A stretch of 64,000 bases of DNA from a bacterium (lineage in GTDB: Bacteria; Electryoneota; JAOADG01), in the NCBI GenBank assembly GCA_963681965.1, contig OY820579.1, forward strand, positions 2,304,001-2,368,000, written 5' to 3'. Positions 9,690-19,475 of this stretch are shown here, one piece after another. Made by a program: the position numbers and the translations under genes. Below the pieces are notes generated by a model. That model saw only the letters and a program-made list of their open reading frames with translations, searched no databases and was not told the origin of the DNA. Positions within the stretch are counted from its first letter, which is position 1, and each line of letters opens with the position of its first letter.

Positions 9690-10530
9690 AGACGGGTGGT
9701 GGGTAGTAGGTGGTAGGTGATGGGAAAAGATGGGGATTGGGTAGTAGGTGGTAGGTGATGGGAAAAGATGGGTAGTGGAGAACTAACAGATTCCGCGTAT
9801 TTTTTTCCGTAGGGGCGTATGCCATACGCCCTTTTTTTGTAACCGCAGGCTTCAGCCTGCGTTTTCTTTTGTATCCTGAAGTAGGGGCGGGTCCCCGCGC
9901 CCGCCCGATTTAATATATCTTTTAGGTAGGGGCGGTTCGCGAACCGCCCGTATCTTGTAATAGATGTACAGCTTTGAATTTATTCCTGAGATTCTTGGGA
10001 ATAATTTTCGATTGTAAATCCAGAAACGTTTGAGCATCTTGACCGGACACGGGCGGTTCGCGAACCGCCCGTATCTTGTAATAGATGTACAGCTTTGAAT
10101 TTATTCCTGAGATTCTTGGGAATAATTTTCGATTGTAAATCCAGAAACGTTTGAGCATCTTGACCGGACACGGGCGGTTCGCGAACCGCCCCTACCAAAA
10201 AAAAGGAGTCGGAATAAATTCCGACCTACTGAAAAGATGGGTGGTAGGGAATAGGTGTTGGGTGTTGGGAAAAGATTAATGGATAAAAGATAGATTGCTT
10301 CGTCTCTTCGCTTCGGAAGTGCTGCGCACGTTCCTTCGGTTTGTTGCGAACCAGACATTTTACAAGATTCATCGGTGTTCGCTAAACCTTTCCGCTTCGC
10401 TGCCGCAAGGTTTTCCTCGCAACGACCAATCAGGATAAGATAAAAAAAAGATACAAGAACGCAGGCTCGGAGACCTGCGCCACCGAAAAGATAGGTGGTG
10501 GGGAATAGGTGGTAGGTGTTGGGAAATGAT
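9690..10530. repeat. Mosaic REP-like array including a 121-bp tandem duplication
   Basis: GGGCGGTTCGCGAACCGCCC at 9930, 10051 and 10172 separated by the same ~100-bp spacer. Other palindrome classes and G-rich heptamers are also present. Confidence 0.9.
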
Positions 10531-10663
10531 AAAAAAAAAATCACAGAGGCTCTGAAATTTATCAATCGTGATGTATATTTGAAATCGATAAAACTTGATT
10601 TTCTGCTTTACCTGCAACCCGTATGAATTTGCGAACCACTCGCACCGATCCGATGAGGCAATT

Positions 10664-11905
10664 ATGAAGACGATCCGAATTATATTCATTTTGATGGCAA
10701 TCAGCGCAATCGTTTTACTTCCACACATCAGCTCTGCACTCGGATGGGTGCGACAAACATCGGTACCGGTATCGACGACACTGGCAACAGCGAAATTTGT
10801 TGATGCCGATTACGGCTGGGCAGTCGGTTTTACCGGCACCATCATTCATACCACCAATGGCGGTACCGACTGGTTGAATCAAACCAGCAACGTTTCTGTT
10901 GCATTATATGGTGTCTCGTTCACCGACCGGAATCTTGGCTGGATTTCCGGCAACAGCGGTACGATCCTGCATACCACCAACGGCGGTGCAGATTGGTCGC
11001 GTCAGACCAGCAATACGACGAATTATCTTTATGCTACATCATTCACCGATGCGAATAATGGCTGGGTAGTCGGCGATTCCGGCACGATTCTGCATACCAC
11101 CAATGGCGGCGTCAACTGGGTCAGTCAACGCACCGGCAGCACCAGTATGTTATTGGGTATTGCCGCACTGAACAGTTCCACCTGCTGGGTCGTCGGAACG
11201 AATGGCATCATTCTGCACACGACCAATGGCGGCAGCGCATGGGTGATCCAAACCAGCAACACGACCAATTGGTTGTATCGCGTCGCATTCGTCGATGAGA
11301 ACCACGGCTGGACGGTCGGTGTCAGCGGCACTATTCGCTATACTACGAATGGCGGTGCAACGTGGGGTACGCAGAATAGCGCATCGACCCGACGATTGGA
11401 AGGAGTGGCATTTATCGATGCGAATAACGGTTGGGTGACGGGCGAAGCGGGTACGATTTTACGAACGACGAATGGCGGATCGACGTGGATTACGCAAACC
11501 AGTACCACGACAAATTTGTTAAAATGCGTCACCTTTCTCGATCCCAATACCGGCTGGGCAGTGGGTGCCAGTGGCACTGTACTGCATACTACCGATGGTG
11601 GCGGTACTGCAGTCGAGGAACAGCTTATACGCTTGTTGCCGACTCAAGTAGTATTGCAACCCAGCTATCCGAATCCATTTAACAATTCGACGACGATCGC
11701 CTATTCGTTGCCGGTTTCCACCACGGTGTTATTGACTGTGTACGATCAGACGGGACGGACAATCCGCACGTTGGATAACGGAAATCGGAATCCCGGCGAG
11801 TACCGGTTTGCGTTCAGTGGTGCCGGATTGGCGTCGGGTTCGTATTATGTGCGATTGCAGGCGGGTGCAATTGTGCAAACGCAGAAAATAATTCTCGTGA
11901 AGTAA
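10664..11905 (+). CDS. YCF48/BNR-repeat beta-propeller protein with T9SS-type C-terminal domain
   Basis: About 7 GWxVG..GTILHTTNGG..W repeats. SYPNPFN...QKIILVK. Likely ATG at 10664 after GAGG. Confidence 0.85.
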   Translation: MKTIRIIFILMAISAIVLLPHISSALGWVRQTSVPVSTTLATAKFVDADYGWAVGFTGTIIHTTNGGTDWLNQTSNVSVALYGVSFTDRNLGWISGNSGTILHTTNGGADWSRQTSNTTNYLYATSFTDANNGWVVGDSGTILHTTNGGVNWVSQRTGSTSMLLGIAALNSSTCWVVGTNGIILHTTNGGSAWVIQTSNTTNWLYRVAFVDENHGWTVGVSGTIRYTTNGGATWGTQNSASTRRLEGVAFIDANNGWVTGEAGTILRTTNGGSTWITQTSTTTNLLKCVTFLDPNTGWAVGASGTVLHTTDGGGTAVEEQLIRLLPTQVVLQPSYPNPFNNSTTIAYSLPVSTTVLLTVYDQTGRTIRTLDNGNRNPGEYRFAFSGAGLASGSYYVRLQAGAIVQTQKIILVK

Positions 11906-11919
11906 TTCATGATATGAAG

Positions 11920-12640
11920 TAGTAGGGGCGGTTCTCTGCGACCGCCCTTTTTTTATTTCGTAGGGGCGAACCACGAAGTGCTTGCCGAAGGCAAACGATA
12001 AAAAGATACAAGATCGGGGGCATGCGGGGATGCCCCCCTACTAAAAAAGAAAGAGTCGGAATAAATTCCGACTCACGGAAAAGATGGGTGATGGGGGATA
12101 GGTGTCGGGTGATGGGAAAAGATAAAAACAGATACAAGAACGGGCGGTTCTCTGCGACCGCCATTTTTTTTATTTCGTAGGGGCGAACCACGAAGTGCTC
12201 GCCGAAGGCAACCGATAAAAAGATACAAGATCGGGGGCATGCGGGGATGCCCCCCTACTAAAAAAGAAAGAGTCGGAATAAATTCCGCCCCACGGAAAAG
12301 ATGGGTGATGGGGGATAGGTGTCGGGTGATGGGAAAAGATAATAACAGATACAAGAACGGGCGGTTCTCTGCGACCGCCATTTTTTTTATTTCGTAGGGG
12401 CGAACCACGAAGTGCTCACCGAAGGCAAACGATAAAAAGATACAAGATCGGGGGCATGCGGGGATGCCCCCCTACTAAAAAAGAAAGAGTCGGAATAAAT
12501 TCCGACCCACGGAAAAGATGGGTGATGGGGGATAGGTGTCGGGTGATGGGAAAAGATAAAAACAGATACAAGATCGGGCGGTTCGCGAACCGCCCCTACT
12601 AAAAAAATGAGTCGGAATAAATTCCGCCCCACGGAAAAGA
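11920..12640. repeat. Mosaic REP-like array with ~217-bp tandem units (about 3)
   Basis: GGGCGGTTCTCTGCGACCGCC at ~11926, 12142 and 12359. Each unit also has GTAGGGGCGAACCACG, GGGGCATGCGGGGATGCCCC and GTCGGAATAAATTCCG. Confidence 0.9.
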
Positions 12641-12871
12641 AGATACTCGCCTCTGTGTGGTGCTGTTATCGGTGACTTACTAATACTATCTATCTTACCG
12701 TCGTCAATATCGATGAAATAAAAACTTACCTGTATTTTACCGGTTTATTCGAAATAATTGCCCCTAGTTAGGGTAATTGAACCTCCGACTTTTTTATAAA
12801 ACGGATCATTTTGATTGCTGGTTATTCAATTCCGGTACATATTACCGCTAATCAGACTTGTCGGAGCTTCT

Positions 12872-15025
12872 ATGAACCCCTCGTTCACTCGCAATTGGTT
12901 TGTCATTATCCTGCTTTCCCTTTCCTTTTTTACTCTCTCATTTGCACAATCGTGGATTTGGCAGAATCCGCTACCAAGCGGCAATTGTCTGCATACGGTG
13001 AAGTTCTTTGCTTCCGGTCAGGGTTGGGTTGCCGGATTGTACGGCACGATCGCTCATACCACCGATGGCGGTTTGACTTGGACCATGCAAACGAGCGGAA
13101 CCAGCCAAGGACTCAACTATCTGACCATGGTGAATGAACGCCACGGTTGGATTGTCGGTGACTCGATTCTGTTGCATACCGCCGATGGTGGCAATCATTG
13201 GGAAACAGTCACAGTCGCACCCGGATTTACAGCGAAATCGGTCGCCTTTGCCGACAGCAGTTTCGGCTGGGTGGTGGGTAACAGCGGACAAATCTACTGC
13301 ACTGCCGATGGTGGTTCGACCTGGAGTCTTCAAACCAGCAATAGTACCGCGCAACTCTATTTTGTAAGATGTATCGATCGCTCGCACTGTTGGATCGCCG
13401 GCGGTACGGCACTACTTCGCACGGTAAATGGTGGTGAGACGTGGACAACAACAACCGGCACCCGCACCCCGAGTCGATTCACATTCCTGAATGCCGATAC
13501 CGGTTGGGGCGTTGGCGCGGAAAATGAGGGTGGTTATATCTGTCTGCGCACCGTCAATGGCGGTGTTTCCTGGACGACCAACAACGGTGGTTGGTTTGCG
13601 CTCGCGAGTATCGATTTCACCGATGCGCACAACGGGTGGGTAGTCGGTGAAGCCGGTATCATCCATCATTCCACCGACGGTGGTCAATCCTGGCAGAGTC
13701 AGTCGAGTGGTGTTACGAACGGTGTCGGATTAACCGATGTCAGTTTTGTCGATTCATTGCACGGCTGGGCAACCGGTCACTATGGAATTTTGTTGCACAC
13801 TATCGATGGCGGAGCGACCTGGGGACCGATGGTTCCCAGTTTTACCGGTACACTGAACGATGTCTGTTTTGTCGATTCCAGTAACGGTTGGGCGGTCGGA
13901 ACCAACAACTCAGGCACTGCGCAATGTGCAATTCTGCATACCGCGAATGGCGGCACCAGTTGGGAGCGACAGACCGGCGGCGGCACCATGACTGGAAAAG
14001 GGGTTGCATTCATCAATCCCGATACCGGATGGGTGGTCGGTGATCACGGCGTCTATAAAACAATCAACGGCGGCGGCGATTGGGTACTTCAGACCGATCT
14101 TCAGGCGCTCAACTACAACCACATTTTCTTTTTGAATGAGCGCCATGGCTGGATGGTGGGACTGAATGGTCGGATCATGCATACCAGCGACGGTGGTGCC
14201 TCATGGTTTCTCCAGACCAATAATTATACCGGGAGTATCGATCGGATTGAATTCGCCGATTCGGTCAATGGCTGGCTGGCAGGATATGACAGCGGGAGCC
14301 GGAATTATTATTTGTATCATACCACGACTGGAGGTACTAATTGGTCGCTGCAGCATACCGGTACCGGATTCGCCGTATACGATTTTGCGGTGATCAGTCC
14401 GAGTGAGTGTTGGGTTGCCGGCGGTTCGGTCAATACGACGCCGCAGCATCCATTGTTGTTACACACGCTCGATGGCGGTGCGAATTGGAACGATGTGTCA
14501 CCCAATGTTTCTTACGAATTGCATGGCTTGGTCTGGTTCGACAGCAACCACGGCACGATCTGCGGCAGTAACGGCATGATCCTGACGACTACCGACGGTG
14601 GAACAATGTGGTCGAGAACTGTCGTGACAAATCAGAGCTTTACCACCATTTGCGCGACCGATCGCAATCATTCTTGGGTTGTTGGATTGAGCGGTACGAT
14701 TCTCTTTTCCGGTCGCACGTCGATGTCGGATGTGACGGAACCGGTGACCAGCAAATTGCCAAAGGAATTTGTGCTGCATCCGAATTACCCTAATCCATTT
14801 AATAGCTCGACGACGATTTCGTATTCATTGCCGATTTCGGGAAATGTCGACTTGAAGATTTTCGATCTGCAGGGGCGGGAAGTCCAGTCGGTATATTCGG
14901 GATCTACCCATGCGGGAAGTTATCGTGCCAGTTTCGATGGGAAGGGGTTGGCATCGGGGACGTATTTTGTCCGGTTGCAGATGGGTGAGGCGGTTCGGAT
15001 TCAGAAAATTGTTTTATTAAAGTAG
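12872..15025 (+). CDS. YCF48/BNR-repeat double beta-propeller protein with T9SS-type C-terminal domain
   Basis: About 14 T-x-(D/N)-G-G-x-x-W repeats, WQNPLP N-terminal motif, NYPNPFN...QKIVLLK. Likely ATG at 12872. Confidence 0.85.
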   Translation: MNPSFTRNWFVIILLSLSFFTLSFAQSWIWQNPLPSGNCLHTVKFFASGQGWVAGLYGTIAHTTDGGLTWTMQTSGTSQGLNYLTMVNERHGWIVGDSILLHTADGGNHWETVTVAPGFTAKSVAFADSSFGWVVGNSGQIYCTADGGSTWSLQTSNSTAQLYFVRCIDRSHCWIAGGTALLRTVNGGETWTTTTGTRTPSRFTFLNADTGWGVGAENEGGYICLRTVNGGVSWTTNNGGWFALASIDFTDAHNGWVVGEAGIIHHSTDGGQSWQSQSSGVTNGVGLTDVSFVDSLHGWATGHYGILLHTIDGGATWGPMVPSFTGTLNDVCFVDSSNGWAVGTNNSGTAQCAILHTANGGTSWERQTGGGTMTGKGVAFINPDTGWVVGDHGVYKTINGGGDWVLQTDLQALNYNHIFFLNERHGWMVGLNGRIMHTSDGGASWFLQTNNYTGSIDRIEFADSVNGWLAGYDSGSRNYYLYHTTTGGTNWSLQHTGTGFAVYDFAVISPSECWVAGGSVNTTPQHPLLLHTLDGGANWNDVSPNVSYELHGLVWFDSNHGTICGSNGMILTTTDGGTMWSRTVVTNQSFTTICATDRNHSWVVGLSGTILFSGRTSMSDVTEPVTSKLPKEFVLHPNYPNPFNSSTTISYSLPISGNVDLKIFDLQGREVQSVYSGSTHAGSYRASFDGKGLASGTYFVRLQMGEAVRIQKIVLLK

Positions 15026-15115
15026 GCGCGACCCTCCGCGGTCGCCCGCATCTTTTTTGGACACAAGAGGAGTCGGAATAAATTCCGACCTACGGAAAAG
15101 ATGGGTGATGGGTTG
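15022..15115. repeat. Short REP-like mosaic
   Basis: GTAGGCGCGACCCTCCGCGGTCGCCC overlapping the stop codon, then GTCGGAATAAATTCCGACCTAC. Confidence 0.85.
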
Positions 15116-15161
15116 TAGATGACGGGATTAGTAGGATTGCAATGACGAAGGAGGATCGATT

Positions 15162-16568
15162 ATGAACACAGGCAACAGCAGTTACTTTCGAAACATAGTG
15201 ACGATTGTGGGTATTCTTGTTTTTGCGACAATCGGCTTTGCGCAATCGACGTATATTCACACCATACCCCACAATGATTTTTCCGAATGTTCCGATGTGG
15301 TTGAAACACCGGACGGCGGCTACTTCTTGCTCTGCATCATGCAGAATGGAATTGAGAACAATCTGATTTTGCACCGGATCAATTCAGATGGTGAATTGGT
15401 ATCGACCCACAATTACGGAATCACCGCAGTTGGAGAATTGTACCGGCAGCGGATTATCTCCGCGAATGATGGGAATTATCTCATAGCCTCGACCTATCGT
15501 GGTGAGAGTGGTTGGCTGTTGAAAATCGATTCCTCGGGGGATACGCTTTGGACCTATCGACCAACTGACAACAACTGGAGCTTTAGCGATCTCTATCAGA
15601 CGTCCGATGGATCCATTTATATCGTCGGTGGCGGAAACGGGCGACTGCAACTGCTCAAATTCAGTGCCGCCGGTACACAGCTTTGGTTCCAGACTTATCC
15701 CGGAATCAGTCACGGCGGAGGTAGTATTATTCCAGCAGTCGACAGCGGTTTTGTCATTTCCTCGTGTGTCGAGACTTCCAACTATTACGACATTAGTGTC
15801 AAGAAGGTCGATACGGCGGGAATCCAGCAATGGACAACGATCTTTGGCGATGGAAACGATCAGATCCCAACTTTTATCAAATCCGATGCGGGGTATGTGG
15901 TTGGCGGGTATAATGGTGGCGAATCGTGGAGCGGCGATAATTTTCGACTGCGTTTAAATTCCGCCGGGGATACTGTATCCTGCCAGCATTGGCAAAATTC
16001 GTTTTATCCGGCTTGCACTACACCGCTAAGCGACGGCGGTTATATCTATGGCGTTTCCGGTACCGGATCGTTTGGACTAAGTAAATTCGGAGCCAATCAG
16101 AATATTCTTTGGGAACGAACCTTTTCGATCGGTACCAACAATTATTATTTTCCGCAATTCATCGAAGAGGCATCCGATCATAGTTTGATCGTCACCGGTG
16201 TGGTGGTGTATCCCGGTGGAGATCGACACGATATACTGATTGCCCGGACCGACTCGCTCGGTTTGATCGGACAGGCTGTTGTTGGCAAAGACATTTCACT
16301 TCCGGTTTCGGTTGCGATGCTGTCAAGTTATCCCAATCCATTCAATAATGTGACCACAATTTCGTATTCGCTGCCGTCATCCGGGAATGTCGAACTCAAG
16401 ATTCTCGATCTGCAGGGGCGGGAAGTGCAGTTGGTATATTCGGGATCTACGCATGCGGGAAGTTATCGTGCCCGTTTCGATGGGAAAGGATTGGCATCGG
16501 GAACGTATTTTGTCCGGTTGCAGATTGGTGAGGCGGTTCGGATGCAGAAAATTGTTCTGTTAAAGTAG
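15162..16568 (+). CDS. Secreted beta-propeller protein with T9SS-type C-terminal domain
   Basis: Signal peptide, repeated DGGY...K-x-D-x-x-G-x-x-x-W blades, SYPNPFN...QKIVLLK. GGAGG RBS. Confidence 0.85.
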   Translation: MNTGNSSYFRNIVTIVGILVFATIGFAQSTYIHTIPHNDFSECSDVVETPDGGYFLLCIMQNGIENNLILHRINSDGELVSTHNYGITAVGELYRQRIISANDGNYLIASTYRGESGWLLKIDSSGDTLWTYRPTDNNWSFSDLYQTSDGSIYIVGGGNGRLQLLKFSAAGTQLWFQTYPGISHGGGSIIPAVDSGFVISSCVETSNYYDISVKKVDTAGIQQWTTIFGDGNDQIPTFIKSDAGYVVGGYNGGESWSGDNFRLRLNSAGDTVSCQHWQNSFYPACTTPLSDGGYIYGVSGTGSFGLSKFGANQNILWERTFSIGTNNYYFPQFIEEASDHSLIVTGVVVYPGGDRHDILIARTDSLGLIGQAVVGKDISLPVSVAMLSSYPNPFNNVTTISYSLPSSGNVELKILDLQGREVQLVYSGSTHAGSYRARFDGKGLASGTYFVRLQIGEAVRMQKIVLLK

Positions 16569-16830
16569 GGACGAACTTCAGCGGTCACCCGCTCTTACTA
16601 ATAAAGAAGGAGTCGGAATAAATTCCGACCTACGGAAAAGATGGGTGATGGGGGGTAGGTGTTGGGTGGTGGGAGAAGATAAAAAAGACACAAGAACGGG
16701 GGCATGCGGGGATGCCCCCCTACTAAAAAACAGGATGCAAGATAAATAAAGATGTAAGAATGGGTGAATGCGTTGGAATGCCTGTACCCCTTCTTTTCAC
16801 CATGAACTATGCACCAGCAACCAAGCACCC
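16565..16830. repeat. REP-like mosaic
   Basis: Degenerate GTAGGG palindrome over the stop codon, GTCGGAATAAATTCCGACCTAC and GGGGGCATGCGGGGATGCCCCC. Confidence 0.8.
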
Positions 16831-16936
16831 ATTTCCGATAAAGGAACTAATCCGGTATTTGATTCGTATCACAACCAGGGATAAGTCTTGAATATTAATC
16901 TTAGTAATTGATTATTAAAATGTTATTAATTTGGAC

Positions 16937-16966
16937 TTGACAAACCGCATCCGACGGTTGTACACT
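16937..16966 (+). promoter_or_regulatory. Putative sigma70-type promoter of the M23 peptidase gene
   Basis: TTGACA (16937-42), 18 bp, TACACT (16961-66), with AT-rich sequence upstream. Confidence 0.5.
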
Positions 16967-17057
16967 CTTAGTACTATCCGTATGATTTCGGATTAACCCA
17001 GAGTACATAAACTACGATTTATTCTATCGTTAAGGAGGAATTCTGCGATTTGATCAA

Positions 17058-17990
17058 TTGAAACGCCTGCGTGAACGGCTTCACATCCCCGGAAAATTCC
17101 GCATCCTCGTGATGCCGGAAGGGTCTGCGACGATGAAACAATTTACGCTCCGGTTCAAACACCTTACGTTCGGTGCAGTTGGCGGCTCGATCTTTTTTGT
17201 CATGGTCATCGCACTGACGGCGTATCTGGTGGGAACATTCGTCGCGGAAAAACGCATCTCAACCGTCATGGCTGAGCAACACGTCCTCAAGAGTCAGGTC
17301 ATCACGCTCGGTCAACGACTGAGTCTGATGAAAGATAAGATCGCCGATCTGTCGCGCTCCGATAACTTATTGCGGCAAGGTCTTGGACTGCCGACCGTTA
17401 CAAACGATGCCCGTCAAGGTGGTGTCGGTGGCGTTGTGGCACCCGAAGCAAAGGGCACCGATGCCGACTCGCTAGCACAGGAAGTCGCCGAATTGGAACG
17501 GGAAATTGCCGTCCAAAAAGAGAGCTTTGGCGAAATCCAAACCGGTTTGGCACGTCAGCAAGCGGTTGTCGATCATACCCCATCGATTCGTCCGATTATG
17601 GGTGGTTACATCGGCAGCTCCTTCGGTATGCGTCGCGATCCATTCACGGGTCAAGTGAAATCGCACGAAGGGTTGGACATCAACGCCTCGATCGGCACGC
17701 CGATCATGGCAACTGCCCCCGGTATTGTGAAGGTTGCAAAGTACTTGACGCAATACGGCAATATCATCGTAGTCGATCACCTGTACGGCTATCAGACAGT
17801 GTATGCGCACTGCTCCAGTTTGTCGGTACGGGTTGGCGATAGCGTCAAGCGCGGCGAGATTATCGGTTATGTCGGTATGACCGGACGCGCCAGCGGACCC
17901 CATGTTCATTATGAAGTCCGGATGCATACCCGACCGGTAGATCCAATGGACTTCCTGTTTGATACATTTGCCGAGGCGAAAGCCAAGTAA
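17058..17990 (+). CDS. M23-family metallopeptidase (MepM/NlpD-like) with transmembrane segment and coiled coil
   Basis: HEGLD (HxxxD), YAH and GPHVHYEV (HxH) motifs. Exact start uncertain. Confidence 0.9.
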   Translation: MKRLRERLHIPGKFRILVMPEGSATMKQFTLRFKHLTFGAVGGSIFFVMVIALTAYLVGTFVAEKRISTVMAEQHVLKSQVITLGQRLSLMKDKIADLSRSDNLLRQGLGLPTVTNDARQGGVGGVVAPEAKGTDADSLAQEVAELEREIAVQKESFGEIQTGLARQQAVVDHTPSIRPIMGGYIGSSFGMRRDPFTGQVKSHEGLDINASIGTPIMATAPGIVKVAKYLTQYGNIIVVDHLYGYQTVYAHCSSLSVRVGDSVKRGEIIGYVGMTGRASGPHVHYEVRMHTRPVDPMDFLFDTFAEAKAK

Positions 17991-18012
17991 GTTTACTGCT
18001 ACACGTTTTTCG

Positions 18013-18045
18013 CGGCTCTTTCATCATTGGAAGAGCCGTTTTTTT
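18013..18045 (+). terminator. Intrinsic terminator
   Basis: CGGCTCTT...AAGAGCCG stem followed by a T-run right after the M23 gene. Confidence 0.75.
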
Positions 18046-18181
18046 GGTGCATCGGTTCGGTAGGTTTTGAGCGAATTGATCGAAACATTATCTTTGCATC
18101 GGTGGTTAATCGTTTGCACTGCAGCTTCTAGAACCGTACGAACCGTATGATCAACACAATTACCTGAGCCAATCGCAACCT

Positions 18182-19087
18182 GTGAAAATAGCTGTCATCT
18201 TCAATCCCTTTTCCGGATTACCGAAACTCCTGCCAATGATCCGACAGAAAGTACTGTCGCAGCTCTCCGATTACGGTCATGAGTCATTGGTGTATGACAT
18301 CGCGATTGGTTGCAATGCCACGACGCTGGCGCAGGAAGCAGTCGCTGCCGGTGCCGAGATTGTGATTGCGGCTGGCGGCGACGGTACGGTGAATGGGATT
18401 GCCAAAGGGGTGAACAACACCAACGTCGCGCTGTTTCATCTTCCACTCGGCAGTGGCAATGGATTTGCCCGGACGATGGGTATTCCGTTGAAAATCGATG
18501 CGGCATTGGCACTCCTGCGCAATCCGGTGATTCGCAAAGTCGATACTGCGACGATGAATGGCGAATTGTTCGTGATTTCTTGCGGGTTTGGGCTGGATGC
18601 GCAAATTGCACACGATTTCAGCAAATTGAAAATTCGCGGTATTGGACCTTACATCTTATTCGGTTTCAAACGGTATTTCCGGTATGTGTCGGAACGGTAC
18701 CGATTGACCGATCTCGATACCAACCGCACCTGGGAAGCGGAAGCACTGATTGTGGCGGCGACGCTCTCGCCGCAATTCGGAGGAGGTGCAATCGTCGCAC
18801 CGATGGCTGCGCCGGACGACGGCTATCTCGATTGGTTCGAAGGGGAGAACCCGAATCTTCATGAAGTACCGCGGATCTATTACCGGCTCTTCAATGGCTC
18901 ATTGGATGTCGAGAAACGGATGCACTACTATCGGGTGAAACGGATTCAAGTGGAACGGCTCTCTGACCGGAGGGAGATTCATCTCGATGGCGAAGCCTGT
19001 TATTCGGAGAAGGTGAATGTGATTGAGATTCATCCGCTCACGCTGTCGGCGGTGGTCGGTCCCGCGCATTTTGATGGGTGGAAGTAG
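18182..19087 (+). CDS. Diacylglycerol kinase family lipid kinase (YegS/DgkB-like)
   Basis: NPFSG, GGDGT, PLGSGNGFAR, GFGLDA, QFGGG and LDGE motifs. Confidence 0.9.
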   Translation: MKIAVIFNPFSGLPKLLPMIRQKVLSQLSDYGHESLVYDIAIGCNATTLAQEAVAAGAEIVIAAGGDGTVNGIAKGVNNTNVALFHLPLGSGNGFARTMGIPLKIDAALALLRNPVIRKVDTATMNGELFVISCGFGLDAQIAHDFSKLKIRGIGPYILFGFKRYFRYVSERYRLTDLDTNRTWEAEALIVAATLSPQFGGGAIVAPMAAPDDGYLDWFEGENPNLHEVPRIYYRLFNGSLDVEKRMHYYRVKRIQVERLSDRREIHLDGEACYSEKVNVIEIHPLTLSAVVGPAHFDGWK

Positions 19088-19089
19088 CG

Positions 19090-19425
19090 GTGCTTGGTGC
19101 TTGGTAAAGAAAGTCGCGGGGAAATATCGTCATCTTGAGTCTTGATTTGTCGTTGCGAGGAACGCAGCGAAGTAACATGCGAAGCATTTACGAAGCGAAG
19201 AGACGAAGCAATCTAATCTTGTGATTTTTTCAAGCAATCGCAGGCTCAGAGCATTCGTTATTTGCATTTGGAGGTTAGGCGTTAGCCTGACACTGTTAGT
19301 AAATATCGGCGGATTGATCCGAGTATTTTCACCCGTAGGGGCGTATGGAATGGGTGATAGGGAATAGGTAGTAGGTGGTGGGAAAAGATAAAAAAAAGAG
19401 TCGGAATAAATTCCGACCTACTAAA
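19090..19425. repeat. REP-like mosaic, partly degenerate
   Basis: GTCGTTGCGAGG...GAAGCAATC element, GTAGGGGCGTATGG, G-rich heptamers and GTCGGAATAAATTCCGACCTAC. Confidence 0.75.
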
Positions 19426-19475
19426 GAAGATTGCGGAATCGGAAGTCGGCAGTATTATAGAAGTAAAGGCAAACA

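Noticed and set aside
3330-12640. Regularly spaced palindromic repeats as a CRISPR array
   Set aside because: The intervening sequences are themselves repeated rather than unique spacers, periods are 121-321 bp, and no cas genes are present.
4369-16568. Integron cassette array (genes separated by palindromes)
   Set aside because: No consistent attC R''/R' (RYYYAAC...GTTRRRY) ends were seen, the elements have REP-type GTAG feet, and neither recombinase shows an obvious IntI-specific insertion.
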